A DNA stretch of 64,000 nt from Bacillota bacterium (GTDB lineage Bacteria > Bacillota_I > Bacilli_A > RF39 > UBA660): positions 13,998 through 77,997 of the forward strand of contig SVAM01000005.1 of NCBI GenBank assembly GCA_015059425.1. The letters run 5' to 3'. Of this stretch, positions 29,417 through 39,089 are shown piece after piece (position 1 is the stretch's first letter; every line of letters starts with the position of its first letter). Under the pieces are notes generated by a model, which ran no database searches, was not told where the DNA came from, and worked only from the letters and a program-made list of their open reading frames with translations. The position numbers and the translations under genes are program-made.

Positions 29417-29875
29417 ATGAAAATAAATTATAAAAAATTGCTGTTATACATAGTTATTACTTTTTTAATTGGCAGCTTTTTTGCAATATTTACAAGTAAC
29501 AACGAAACTTATCGAAGTTTAAACAAAATAATTGAAGTACCAGGTATAGTATTTCCTATAGTATGGAGTATTCTCTATTTATTAATGAGTATTTCCGCTT
29601 ACATAGTATCAGAAAGCAATGATAGGAATAAGAATAAGGCTTTAAAAATTTATTTTATTCAGTTAATAGTTAATAGTTTATGGACTTTAATATTTTTTGG
29701 ATTTAAATTATATGCTTTTGGATTTATTTGGATATTATTACTTATTAGTTTAGTTGTATTAATGATTTATAACTTTTATAAAATAAAAAGTGTAGCGGGA
29801 TATATAAACTTACCATATATATTATGGTTAATATTCGCGGCATTTTTAAATATTTCAATTGTAATTTTAAATTAA
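29417..29875 (+). CDS. tspO: TspO/MBR family tryptophan-rich sensory protein
   Basis: Five TM segments with the conserved Trp residues 'FPIVWSILYLLM', 'NSLWTLIFF' and 'PYILWLIFAAFLN'. Confidence 0.8.
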   Translation: MKINYKKLLLYIVITFLIGSFFAIFTSNNETYRSLNKIIEVPGIVFPIVWSILYLLMSISAYIVSESNDRNKNKALKIYFIQLIVNSLWTLIFFGFKLYAFGFIWILLLISLVVLMIYNFYKIKSVAGYINLPYILWLIFAAFLNISIVILN

Positions 29876-30000
29876 AATATTTACAGATAGTAAACAAAGC
29901 GATTATCTTTAAAAAAATAATTAAAAAGCTAATCAAAAATTAGTTTTTTAATTTGACTATTCATGATATAATACATAATAAATTTTAGAGGTAATTTGGT

Positions 30001-30420
30001 ATGGCAAGAAAATATATGGCTAGCAGAAGCAACGTAATGAAAATATTATATGATTTATATATCGTAAATGATACAGATATATTTAACTTTAAAGCAAGTA
30101 AAGATAATCCTATAACATATCATCACATTATAAAAGTTGAGGATTTAGAAGCGTTAGGATTCCCTACAACCAAAACAGTAGCAAATGGTTTAGTATTAAC
30201 TAGAGACTCTCATAGTTATCTTCATTTAATTGAAGATTATGCACCAGATATATTTTATCATATTAATAAAATTATTCTTTTGGTAACTAAAGAAAGAAGA
30301 ATGGTTACACTTGAAGAACGAAGTTTACTTCAAATATTGTTAGAAGCATATGAATATCGTATGACTCAATATGAATATAATATAAGCCCTACATATCTAA
30401 AAAGAGTTTTAGTGTCATAA
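30001..30420 (+). CDS. Small HNH-like nuclease-fold protein (hypothetical)
   Basis: 'ITYHHIIKVED...ANGLVLTRDSHSYLH' fits an H-H...N...H pattern. No Zn-finger cysteines. Confidence 0.35.
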   Translation: MARKYMASRSNVMKILYDLYIVNDTDIFNFKASKDNPITYHHIIKVEDLEALGFPTTKTVANGLVLTRDSHSYLHLIEDYAPDIFYHINKIILLVTKERRMVTLEERSLLQILLEAYEYRMTQYEYNISPTYLKRVLVS

Positions 30421-30464
30421 ATATATTAAATAAACGTACATTTTTAATAGAGGTGTATGTTTTT

Positions 30465-31607
30465 TTGAAAAAAATTATTATATTTTTATTATTATTTATA
30501 TTATTAATGCCAGTAGTTAAAGCAGAAGACACATTAAATTTAGATAGCCAAAGTGCAATACTAATTGATGCATCTAGTGGTAAAATTTTATATAAAAAAA
30601 ATATTCATGAAAAATTACCAATGGCGAGTATGACTAAAATTATGAGTATGTTACTAATTATGGAAAATATTAACAATGAAACATTAAAATATGATGATAA
30701 AGTAATTATTAGTAAAAATGCTAGTGGTATGGGTGGCTCTCAAGTATTCTTGCAAGAAGGTGAAGAGTACAAAGTAGAGGACTTACTTAAATGTATTGCG
30801 GTTTCATCAGCAAATGATGCAGTAGTTGCAATGGCAGAAAAAATAAGTGGTAGTACCGAAGAATTTATAAAACTTATGAATAACAAAGCTAAAGAATTAA
30901 GTTTAGAAAACACTAATTTTGCTAATCCTCATGGATTAGACGATGAAAATCATTATTCAAGTGCTTATGATATGGCACTTCTTGCAAAAGAGTTATTAAA
31001 GTACCCTGATATTTTAAATTATACTAGAATATATGAAGATTATTTAACCAAACCAGACGGATCACAAGTTTGGCTAGTTAACACAAATAGATTAGTTAGA
31101 TTTTATGAAGGGGTAGACGGTCTAAAAACAGGTTATACAACTAATGCCGGTTATTGCTTAACCGCAACAGCTAAAAAAAATTCATTCCGCTTAATAAGTG
31201 TTGTAATGAAATCTAGTTCAGCTGATGCAAGGAGTAAAGATACTGCAACATTATTAACATATGGATTTAATTCTTTTAAAAATAATGTTATTTATTCAAA
31301 AGATAAATCTTTAGGTGAAGTAGAAGTATTAAAGGGGAAAGTTGATAAAGTTAAAGTTTATTTAAAAGAAGACGCAAATGAGATATTAGGAGTTACAGAA
31401 AAACCAGGTGATTACAGTTTTAATATTAAAGTAAAAAAAATTGAAGCGCCACTCAAGAAAAATACTATTGTAGGTACTGCTGAAATATTTAATAATGAAG
31501 GTAATATTATTGCTGAAAAAGAAATAATTATTAAAGAAAATTTAGTAAAAGCAGGATTCTTTGATTATTTAAAAAGAAATATTAAAATAATTACAAGTGG
31601 TAAATAA
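30465..31607 (+). CDS. dacF: D-alanyl-D-alanine carboxypeptidase (PBP5 / DacF type)
   Basis: Signal peptide. SxxK 'ASMTKIM'. SxN 'VSSANDA'. KTG 'LKTGYT'. The start may be the TTG at 30465 (track GTG at 30453). Confidence 0.8.
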   Translation: MKKIIIFLLLFILLMPVVKAEDTLNLDSQSAILIDASSGKILYKKNIHEKLPMASMTKIMSMLLIMENINNETLKYDDKVIISKNASGMGGSQVFLQEGEEYKVEDLLKCIAVSSANDAVVAMAEKISGSTEEFIKLMNNKAKELSLENTNFANPHGLDDENHYSSAYDMALLAKELLKYPDILNYTRIYEDYLTKPDGSQVWLVNTNRLVRFYEGVDGLKTGYTTNAGYCLTATAKKNSFRLISVVMKSSSADARSKDTATLLTYGFNSFKNNVIYSKDKSLGEVEVLKGKVDKVKVYLKEDANEILGVTEKPGDYSFNIKVKKIEAPLKKNTIVGTAEIFNNEGNIIAEKEIIIKENLVKAGFFDYLKRNIKIITSGK

Positions 31608-31634
31608 GCTAATCATATGATTAGCTTATTTTAT
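31606..31634 (+). terminator. Terminator after dacF
   Basis: 'aagctaatca-ta-tgattagctt' followed by a T-rich run. Confidence 0.5.
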
Positions 31635-31704
31635 TAATGTAAAATACAAAACTTAAGACTAGTTAATTTCTTTAATATATTTTATAATTAAAGTGGTGAA
31701 TAAT

Positions 31705-32100
31705 ATGAATAAAAAAGGTTTTACTTTAACAGAGTTATTAAGTGTAATAGTAATACTAGCTTTAATATCTTTGATGGCTAGCACTGGTATAATAAAATTA
31801 GCTAATAATAGTAAAGAGAATATGTATTGTGCAAAGATTAAATTAATTGAAACAGAAGCCGAAGAATATGCCATTAAATATGAACGTGAATTAAATGAAA
31901 GTGATAAATTATATAACGGCTATAAAAGTTTAACTTTTAAAATAAATGATTTAGTAGAAAATGGCACTATAGAAGCAGATAAAGATAATAATATTATAAA
32001 TCCCATAGATAATAGTATTATGAATGATACAGAAATTATAATTTATTTAAAAAATAATCAAATAAATGCCTATATTGATAATAATATTTGTGAAAATTAA
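31705..32100 (+). CDS. Prepilin-type N-terminal cleavage/methylation domain protein (type IV pilin / pseudopilin), orphan
   Basis: 'MNKKGFTLTELLSVIVILALISLMA' is a class III signal peptide with the G|FTLxE motif. Confidence 0.8.
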   Translation: MNKKGFTLTELLSVIVILALISLMASTGIIKLANNSKENMYCAKIKLIETEAEEYAIKYERELNESDKLYNGYKSLTFKINDLVENGTIEADKDNNIINPIDNSIMNDTEIIIYLKNNQINAYIDNNICEN

Positions 32101-32146
32101 ATTTTTATGTTAAAATAACTACTGCTTAAAAAAGGAGGGACTTTTT

Positions 32147-33448
32147 GTGAAGTGTGTATGTTTAATTGGTAAACCAAATGTTGGTAAATCAACTATATTT
32201 AATAAATTAATAAAAGAAAAAAAATCTATTATAATGGATGAACCTGGAGTAACAAGAGATAGAATATATGGTAAAGTTACATATAATGAAAAAACTTTCT
32301 CAGTAATTGATACTGGTGGATTAGTAGATAGTAATGAAGATTTTAATCAAGAAATTAGAATGCAAGCAGATTTAGCTATTGATGAAGCAGATTTAATTTT
32401 ATTCGTTGTTGATGGTAAAACAGGTATAGATGCAAGTGATTATTATATACGCGATTTATTAATGAAAAGTAATAAAGAAGTTATTGTTTTAGTAAATAAA
32501 GTAGATAATCCTAAAAGAGCGGACAATATTTATGAATTTTATGAACTAGGTTTTCCAACAGTAATAAGTATTTCTGGAGAACATAATTTAGGATTTAATG
32601 AATTATTAGATACTATTACTAAAAATCTTCCATCTGATAATTTTGAAAGAGATTTAACACCAAGATTTTGTTTAATAGGTAGACCTAATGTTGGGAAAAG
32701 TAGTTTAATGAATGCAATTCTAAATGAAGAAAGATCGATAGTAAGTGATATTGCGGGAACTACCAGAGATTCAATTGATACTAAATTTACATATGATAAA
32801 AAAGATTATATTGCTATAGATACAGCAGGTTTACGTAAAAAAGGTAAAATCTATGAAAATGTAGAAAAATTCAGTTATTTAAGAAGTATGCGTGCTATAG
32901 ATGAAGCAGATGTATGTGTAGTAGTTATTAGTGCTGAAGAAGGAATAATTGAACATGATAAACATATTTTAGGATATGCTTTAGAATCAGGTAAGGGTGT
33001 AGTTTTAGTTGTTAATAAATGGGATACAGTAAGTAATCCAGATTTAGATATTAAAAAATGGAAAACTAAAATAGCGGATGAATTTCAATTTGCAGATTAT
33101 TTAAAAGTAGTATTCTTATCTGCTAAAACAAAGAAAAGGATACATACATTAATGCCTGAAATTATAAGTGCCTATGAAAATAATAGTAAAGAAATTAAAA
33201 CAAGTATTTTAAATGATGTTATAACAGAAGCAGTAAGCTTAAATGCGCCACCTTCATATAAAGGAAAAAGATTAAAAATATATTTTGTTAGTCAAACAGG
33301 CACTAGACCACCAAAATTTACATTTAACGTTAATAATAAAAATCTAGTACATTTCAGTTATGAAAGATATTTAGAAAATAAAATACGTGAAAGTTTTGAT
33401 TTTACAGGAACTCCAATAGTATTCCAATTTAAAAACAAAAACGAATAA
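32147..33448 (+). CDS. der: Ribosome-biogenesis GTPase Der (EngA)
   Basis: Two G domains. 'GKPNVGKST' and 'GRPNVGKSS' are G1 motifs. 'DTGG' and 'DTAG'. 'NKVD' and 'NKWD'. C-terminal KH-like domain. Confidence 0.9.
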   Translation: MKCVCLIGKPNVGKSTIFNKLIKEKKSIIMDEPGVTRDRIYGKVTYNEKTFSVIDTGGLVDSNEDFNQEIRMQADLAIDEADLILFVVDGKTGIDASDYYIRDLLMKSNKEVIVLVNKVDNPKRADNIYEFYELGFPTVISISGEHNLGFNELLDTITKNLPSDNFERDLTPRFCLIGRPNVGKSSLMNAILNEERSIVSDIAGTTRDSIDTKFTYDKKDYIAIDTAGLRKKGKIYENVEKFSYLRSMRAIDEADVCVVVISAEEGIIEHDKHILGYALESGKGVVLVVNKWDTVSNPDLDIKKWKTKIADEFQFADYLKVVFLSAKTKKRIHTLMPEIISAYENNSKEIKTSILNDVITEAVSLNAPPSYKGKRLKIYFVSQTGTRPPKFTFNVNNKNLVHFSYERYLENKIRESFDFTGTPIVFQFKNKNE

Positions 33449-33468
33449 GTCCTTTTGGACTTTTTTTA
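33447..33468 (+). terminator. Terminator after der
   Basis: 'aagtcc-tttt-ggactt' followed by T7. Confidence 0.6.
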
Positions 33469-33487
33469 TATTTAATACAGCGTATAA

Positions 33488-33516
33488 TTGACATACGTTT
33501 GTTCTCTTGTTATAAT
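33488..33516 (+). promoter_or_regulatory. Consensus sigma-A promoter
   Basis: TTGACA (33488..33493), 17 bp, TATAAT (33511..33516). Confidence 0.6.
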
Positions 33517-33540
33517 GAATATAATCAGGGGAGCAAAAAT

Positions 33541-33870
33541 ATGGAAAAGATTAAAACACAAAGAATTATATATAACAATTTAGTTGGGGAAAAAATATGT
33601 TTTAAAGATGGTACACATGCATTGATAGTTAAAAGATTACCTAATAAAGATATGTACAATGAACTTTTTAAAAGATTTCCAACTTATAAAAATATTAATA
33701 ATATAAAAGAATTAAATGAGATAATTAATGTAAACATCGTTATATTATTAAAAAAATCGGAAATTCTTAATAAAGAACAACCGGATTTTGATAACAAACA
33801 TATTAAACAAAAAATAAAAAGTTTTGACACAAGAATTGTAAAATTTGTTTATAATTTTTATAGTATATGA
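33541..33870 (+). CDS. Hypothetical protein (109 aa)
   Basis: ATG after the RBS 'aggggag', downstream of a consensus promoter. Confidence 0.45.
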   Translation: MEKIKTQRIIYNNLVGEKICFKDGTHALIVKRLPNKDMYNELFKRFPTYKNINNIKELNEIINVNIVILLKKSEILNKEQPDFDNKHIKQKIKSFDTRIVKFVYNFYSI

Positions 33871-34066
33871 TTTAACAATATCTATAGCCAATCTAACAAA
33901 TGACGAAAAAATAGTTTATGCTAAAAAGTATTTAAAAATAAATACTAGACTTACAAATAAAATAAAAGAAATGCCTAGAAGTGAATCTTCATTGACATTT
34001 CTTTATAAAAACAATATACCATAATATATTTTAAATGTCAAATATGGCATATATTAATAATATATG

Positions 34067-34333
34067 TTAATTATTTATTTTCTTTTTCTCATCCACACGT
34101 TTTTTATTAATAATATGACCTTCATCAAATAGTATTAAATCATTTATATCTACATTTAATCTTTTAGCTAAATCTTCTACATAATCAAAACTTATATTTT
34201 CTTCTCCACGTTCTACGCTTGCTAGATATTTAGGATTTAGTCCTAAACTTGTATAAAATTTTTCTTGTGATAAACCACTTTTATATCGATAATATTTTAA
34301 ATTTATTCCAACAATTTCTTTTAAATTCATCAT
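34067..34333 (-). CDS. XRE-family helix-turn-helix transcriptional regulator
   Basis: 'LKYYRYKSGLSQEKFYTSLGLNPKYLASVERGEENIS' is an HTH_XRE. Confidence 0.75.
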   Translation of the reverse strand: MMNLKEIVGINLKYYRYKSGLSQEKFYTSLGLNPKYLASVERGEENISFDYVEDLAKRLNVDINDLILFDEGHIINKKRVDEKKKINN

Positions 34334-34406
34334 TTAAACTAACTCCTTAACTTTAATATTATTGATAAATAAAATTAATGTCTACCCATCTATAACTACA
34401 CAAAAA

Positions 34407-34435
34407 TTGACATTAAAAAGTTTTTGGTTTATTAT
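34407..34435 (+). promoter_or_regulatory. Sigma-A-type promoter in the divergent XRE intergenic region
   Basis: TTGACA (34407..34412), 17 bp, TATTAT (34430..34435). Confidence 0.5.
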
Positions 34436-34453
34436 ATAACTGGTGGAGGAAAA

Positions 34454-34672
34454 ATGGAGAAAAGTAGTACTAAAGTAAATTTTAAGTTACAAAATTTAAG
34501 AAAAGAAAAAAATATGTCATGTGAAGATATGGCAAAAGAGTTAGGTATATGTAAAGCTTATTATTGGCAACTAGAAAATGGTAATAGAAGATTATATTAT
34601 GATTTAACTTTAAAAATAGCTAAAATATTTAATTTAAAACCAGATGATATATTTTATGATTATTATAAATAA
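34454..34672 (+). CDS. XRE-family helix-turn-helix regulator (Cro/CI-like)
   Basis: 'LRKEKNMSCEDMAKELGICKAYYWQLENGNRRLYYD' is an HTH_XRE. Confidence 0.75.
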   Translation: MEKSSTKVNFKLQNLRKEKNMSCEDMAKELGICKAYYWQLENGNRRLYYDLTLKIAKIFNLKPDDIFYDYYK

Positions 34673-34718
34673 ACAATTAATACTTTCTAGCATATATTAG
34701 GTTAGGAGGTATTTTTTT

Positions 34719-34958
34719 ATGTTAGATGATGGATTTTTTAAGAAAGTTGAAAAGAAAACAAAGGTGGATAAAAATACCATTATAAGCCTTGCAGAAAAAT
34801 TACAAAAAGGTAATATGAAGGACAAAAATACATTAAGTGAAGTAATAGATACATTAAGTAAAATGACTGGAAAAACAGTTAATAAAGATTTAAAAGAAAA
34901 AATAATAAATAAAGTTATAAGTGATGATGTGCCTAATAATGTTGATAAGTTGTTTTAG
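34719..34958 (+). CDS. Small hypothetical protein (79 aa, Lys-rich)
   Basis: ORF after the RBS 'aggagg'. Confidence 0.4.
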   Translation: MLDDGFFKKVEKKTKVDKNTIISLAEKLQKGNMKDKNTLSEVIDTLSKMTGKTVNKDLKEKIINKVISDDVPNNVDKLF

Positions 34959-35017
34959 TAATTTTAAGATTGCTTTTTTTAGATAGTTTTTGCTATAATA
35001 AACATCAGGTGAGTTCG

Positions 35018-35542
35018 ATGTTTCAAGTAAGTAATGTTAAAGATATTTTAAATCAAATGAATGGTATAGAATATGGATATAGTGATACAGAAAAAAATAT
35101 TCATAAAGAGATAGATAAAAATTTTAAAAAAAATTATATTTTATCCAATCCAGAAGAAGTAATAAATAATAAGGTTGGAATATGTTATGACTTAGTAGAA
35201 CTTGCAAGAGCATGCTTCAAAACTTTAGGTAAGAAATGTAATTCTTATTTTATGGTCTATTATGAATCCAAAAAAATACATACTCATACATTTATAGTAT
35301 ATGAAGAAAACGAAAAATTTTATTGGTTTGAATATGCTTGGGATATATATAAAGGCATTCATGAATATGTTAGTTTATATGATTTATTAACAGATATAAG
35401 AAATAAATTTAAAGAATTTAATAAACTTAATTATATGGATTTTGATTATTTGTGTATATATAAATATAAAAAACCAAAATATCATATTAGTTTAAAAGAA
35501 TTTTATAAACATTGTGAAAATGGTGAAAACATTATTATATAG
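35018..35542 (+). CDS. Hypothetical protein with a possible Cys/His hydrolase core
   Basis: 'VGICYDLVELARACF...KIHTHTFIVYEEN' suggests a papain/transglutaminase-like Cys-His arrangement. Speculative. Confidence 0.35.
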   Translation: MFQVSNVKDILNQMNGIEYGYSDTEKNIHKEIDKNFKKNYILSNPEEVINNKVGICYDLVELARACFKTLGKKCNSYFMVYYESKKIHTHTFIVYEENEKFYWFEYAWDIYKGIHEYVSLYDLLTDIRNKFKEFNKLNYMDFDYLCIYKYKKPKYHISLKEFYKHCENGENIII

Positions 35543-35546
35543 CTAC

Positions 35547-35575
35547 TTGAACTATAATAATGTTTATGCTATACT
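35547..35575 (+). promoter_or_regulatory. Sigma-A promoter for the thrS leader
   Basis: TTGAAC, 17 bp, TATACT. Confidence 0.55.
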
Positions 35576-35581
35576 AAACCT

Positions 35582-35786
35582 GTAAATCAGTGAAAAAAGA
35601 CATGATTTATAAAATATATTTTATAGAGAGTTAACGGTTGGTGTAAGTTAATAAGTATTTTTATAAATTACTACTTTTGGAGTGGGATTAATAATCTTCG
35701 TGTAATTCGCGTTAAGAATAATTAAGTGATATAAAGGATGGTACCGCAGAATTTGCTCCTTGCAAAATCTGGGGTTTTTTATTTTT
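35582..35786 (+). ncRNA. T-box riboswitch leader of thrS
   Basis: Conserved T-box sequence 'aaaggatggtaccgcag' (35733..35749). It overlaps the 5' arm of a terminator, 'ccgcagaatttg'/'caaaatctgggg' plus T6, giving mutually exclusive antiterminator and terminator folds. About 220-nt leader before an aaRS gene. Confidence 0.7.
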
Positions 35787-35800
35787 AGGAGGTAAAAAAA

Positions 35801-37558
35801 ATGATAAATATTAAAGAAAATGAGAGTTTAAGCATAATTAATCATAGTTGTGCTCATTTACTAGCGCAAGCTGTAAAACATTTATATCCAGAAGCTAAAT
35901 TTTGGGTAGGTCCAGTAGTAGAAGAAGGTTTTTATTATGATATTGATTTAGGAGATATTACTTTAACAGAGGATGATTTACCAGCTATAGAGCGTGAAAT
36001 GAAAAAGATATCTAAAGATGGTAAAAGAATAGTAAGACAGGAACTAACTAAGAGTGAAGCTTTAGAAAAATTTAAAGATGATGAGTATAAAATAGATTTA
36101 ATAAGTAGAATGGATGAAGAAGATACTGTTATATCTTGTTATACACAAGGTGATTTTACTGATCTTTGTCGTGGACCACACGTTGAAACTGTTAAAGTAT
36201 TAAAAAACTTTAAACTTTTAAAGGTTAGTGGAGCATACTGGAAAGGTGATGCTAAAAATCATATGCTTCAAAGAATTTATGGAGTATGTTTTGAAACTCC
36301 AGAAGATTTAGAAGCACATTTAAAAGAACTTGAAGAAGCTAAAGAAAGAGATCATCGTAAAATTGGAAAAAATTTAGATATATTTATGTCTCATGATTTA
36401 GTAGGTAAAGGTATGCCTTTATGGCTTCCAAATGGGGCAATTATCCGTAAAAATTTAGAAAATTATATATATGAAAAAGAACAAAAATTAGGATATAAAC
36501 ATGTTTATACTCCATGTGTAGGAACAGTTAATTTATATAAGACTTCTGGACATTGGGATCATTATAAAGAAAATATGTTCCCATCAATGAAGGTAGATGA
36601 AGAAGAATTTGTTTTACGTCCAATGAACTGTCCACATCATATGCTGGTTTATAGTAATGACCTACATTCTTATCGTGATTTACCAATTCGTATTGGAGAG
36701 TTTGCGGCAGATTTTAGATATGAAGCAAGTGGAGCAGTTAAAGGTTTAGAACGTGTTAGATGTATGTGTCAAAATGATGCTCACTTATTTGTAACTCCAG
36801 AACAAATTGGTGAAGAATTTAAAAAAGTTGTTGCATTAATCCTAGATGTATATAAAGATTTTGGTTTAACAAAATATAAATTTAGATTATCATTAAGAGA
36901 CCCAGAAGATAAAGAAAAATATTTTGATGATGATGAAATGTGGAATCAAGCAGAAAATAAACTTCGCGAAGTATTAAATGAGTTTGGGCTTGATTATTAT
37001 GAAGCAATTGGAGAAGCAGCATTCTATGGTCCTAAGCTAGATGTTGAAGTAAAACCTGCTGTAGGACCAGAAGTTACTTTATCTACTTGCCAATTAGATT
37101 TCTTATTGCCACGTAAATTTGAACTTTCTTATATTGATAAAGAAGGTAATAAACAAATTCCTGTAGTAATACATAGAGCAATATTAGGAACATTTGATAG
37201 ATTTACAGCATTTGTGTTAGAAGAAACAAAAGGTTTATTACCACTTTGGCTTTCACCAGTTCAAATAAATATTATTCCTGTTAATAATGAATATCATTTA
37301 GAATATGCTGAAGCTTTATATAAAAAATTAAAAGATTTAAATATTAGAGTTGAATTAGATTCTAGAGATGAAAAATTAGGATATAAAATGCGTGAATCAG
37401 TTATGAAAAAAATACCATATGCGATAATTATAGGTAATAAAGAAGTTGAAGAAAATAGTATTAGTTATCGTAAATGTAAAACAGAAGAAACTATAAATGT
37501 ATCTATTGATGAATTTATAAATAATATTTTAGAAGAAATAAAAAATAAAGGAAATTAG
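35801..37558 (+). CDS. thrS: Threonine--tRNA ligase, N-terminally short form
   Basis: Editing-domain 'HSCAHLLAQA'. Class II core 'FRYEASGA' and 'RVRCMCQNDAHLF'. Anticodon-binding C-terminal domain. Lacks the roughly 60-aa TGS-type N-terminal domain seen in most ThrRS. Confidence 0.85.
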   Translation: MINIKENESLSIINHSCAHLLAQAVKHLYPEAKFWVGPVVEEGFYYDIDLGDITLTEDDLPAIEREMKKISKDGKRIVRQELTKSEALEKFKDDEYKIDLISRMDEEDTVISCYTQGDFTDLCRGPHVETVKVLKNFKLLKVSGAYWKGDAKNHMLQRIYGVCFETPEDLEAHLKELEEAKERDHRKIGKNLDIFMSHDLVGKGMPLWLPNGAIIRKNLENYIYEKEQKLGYKHVYTPCVGTVNLYKTSGHWDHYKENMFPSMKVDEEEFVLRPMNCPHHMLVYSNDLHSYRDLPIRIGEFAADFRYEASGAVKGLERVRCMCQNDAHLFVTPEQIGEEFKKVVALILDVYKDFGLTKYKFRLSLRDPEDKEKYFDDDEMWNQAENKLREVLNEFGLDYYEAIGEAAFYGPKLDVEVKPAVGPEVTLSTCQLDFLLPRKFELSYIDKEGNKQIPVVIHRAILGTFDRFTAFVLEETKGLLPLWLSPVQINIIPVNNEYHLEYAEALYKKLKDLNIRVELDSRDEKLGYKMRESVMKKIPYAIIIGNKEVEENSISYRKCKTEETINVSIDEFINNILEEIKNKGN

Positions 37559-37581
37559 TTATCAGAAATGATAACTTTTTT
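37557..37581 (+). terminator. thrS terminator
   Basis: 'agttatca-gaaa-tgataact' followed by T5. Confidence 0.6.
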
Positions 37582-37585
37582 AAAG

Positions 37586-37611
37586 TAAAAAATCTTCCGA
37601 TATGGAAGATT
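37586..37611 (-). terminator. spoIVA terminator
   Basis: On the minus strand, 'aatcttcc-atat-cggaagatt' followed by a T-run (A5 on the plus strand). Confidence 0.55.
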
Positions 37612-39089
37612 TATATTACAATTGCTATTAAATTGTTAGCACCTTTATTAACTATTTTAGTTACTGTTTGACTAAGTTTATATCGTGTTGCATCTGGCAT
37701 CATAGAAAGTTTTGCTTGTATTCCTTCTTGAACTATAGCTTCTAAGCTTCTACCAAAGATTTCACTTTGCCATATTGAATTAGGATCTTTTTCATAATCT
37801 TTCATTAAATAGTTAATAAGTTCTTTACTTTGTTGTTCACTACCAATTATTGGTTCAAAAGTTGATTGTACTTCGACTTTCATTAAATGTATAGAAGATG
37901 CTGTTGCTTTTAATTTAACTCCATAACGAGTACCTTGTTTAACAATTTCAGGTGTTTCTAATTTCATATCTTTAATAGTTGGATATACTATGCCATAACC
38001 ACTATTTCTAGCGACTTTAAGTGCACTTTTGATAGAATCCATTTCTTCTTTTGCTTCTTTGTAAGTAGTAAATATTTTTATAAGACCAGCTTTAGATGTT
38101 GCGGATTCTCCCATAATACTTTTTAAAATATTATTATAAAGTTCTTCTTTAGCTTCTAAATTTATTGTAACTGTTCCTGTTGAGGCATCCAAATTACTAA
38201 TATATGATTTAGAAATAAATTCACTATCTTGGAAGTGTTCTAAGATATAATCAATATCTTTAATCTTTTCAACACTAATAACACTTTCTTTAATTTTATT
38301 TAAGAAGTGCTCTTTAATTTCATGAGTTTTAGGTAAAGCATCAATCCATTCTGGTATTTTTACTTGTATATCAAGAACTGGAAATTCATATAATGCTTTT
38401 TTTAGTATTTCCATGATTTCCATTTCATTCATTTTTTCTGCACTTATAGGAATAACTGGTACTTCGTATGTTGCTTCAAGTTCTTGAGCTAGTCTAGTTG
38501 TCTCTGTATTTGTTGGATGTATACTATTAAGTATGACTATAAATGGTTTGCCAATATCTTTAAGTTCAGTAATTACTTTAGCTTCTGCATCTAAATAACT
38601 ATTACGAGGTATTTCGCCGAATGTTCCATCACTTGTTACAACAATACCAATAGTAGCATGATCTTTAATAACTTTTTCAGTCCCAATTTCAGCAGCTTCT
38701 ATGAATGGAATTGAATCTTCAAACCATGGAGTTTTAACCATCCTAGGATTTCCGTCTTCATCTTCATAACCATTAGAACCTGGTATTACAAATCCTACAC
38801 AATCTACTAATTTAATATTAGTTTTAAATTCACCAACTGATACTTCCGCACCATTTGATGGAACAAATTTAGGTTCTGTGGTCATGATAGTTTTACCTTG
38901 TGCACTTTGTGGTATTTCATCTAAACAATGCTTTTTTTCGTATTCGTCAGTGATGTTTGGAACAACAAGATTTTCTATAAATCTTTTGATAAAAGTGGAT
39001 TTTCCTGTTCTAACAGCTCCAACAACTCCTAAATAAATACTTCCGTTTCCTCGTTTGGCAATAGATTCTATTATCTCTTTTTTTTCCAA
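37611..39089 (-). CDS. spoIVA: Stage IV sporulation protein A (coat morphogenetic ATPase)
   Basis: Near-collinear with B. subtilis SpoIVA. 'IYLGVVGAVRTGKSTFIKRF', 'TIMTTEPKFVP', 'VDCVGF', 'RYGVKLKA' and the C-terminal 'LIAIVI'. Confidence 0.9.
   Translation of the reverse strand: MEKKEIIESIAKRGNGSIYLGVVGAVRTGKSTFIKRFIENLVVPNITDEYEKKHCLDEIPQSAQGKTIMTTEPKFVPSNGAEVSVGEFKTNIKLVDCVGFVIPGSNGYEDEDGNPRMVKTPWFEDSIPFIEAAEIGTEKVIKDHATIGIVVTSDGTFGEIPRNSYLDAEAKVITELKDIGKPFIVILNSIHPTNTETTRLAQELEATYEVPVIPISAEKMNEMEIMEILKKALYEFPVLDIQVKIPEWIDALPKTHEIKEHFLNKIKESVISVEKIKDIDYILEHFQDSEFISKSYISNLDASTGTVTINLEAKEELYNNILKSIMGESATSKAGLIKIFTTYKEAKEEMDSIKSALKVARNSGYGIVYPTIKDMKLETPEIVKQGTRYGVKLKATASSIHLMKVEVQSTFEPIIGSEQQSKELINYLMKDYEKDPNSIWQSEIFGRSLEAIVQEGIQAKLSMMPDATRYKLSQTVTKIVNKGANNLIAIVI

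Noticed and set aside
33998-34035. TTGACA-containing promoter-like sequence pointing into the 3' end of the minus-strand XRE gene
   Set aside because: Its -10 is poor ('cataat'). Promoter-like hexamers occur by chance at high frequency in 75% AT DNA. It is mentioned only as a possible antisense start.
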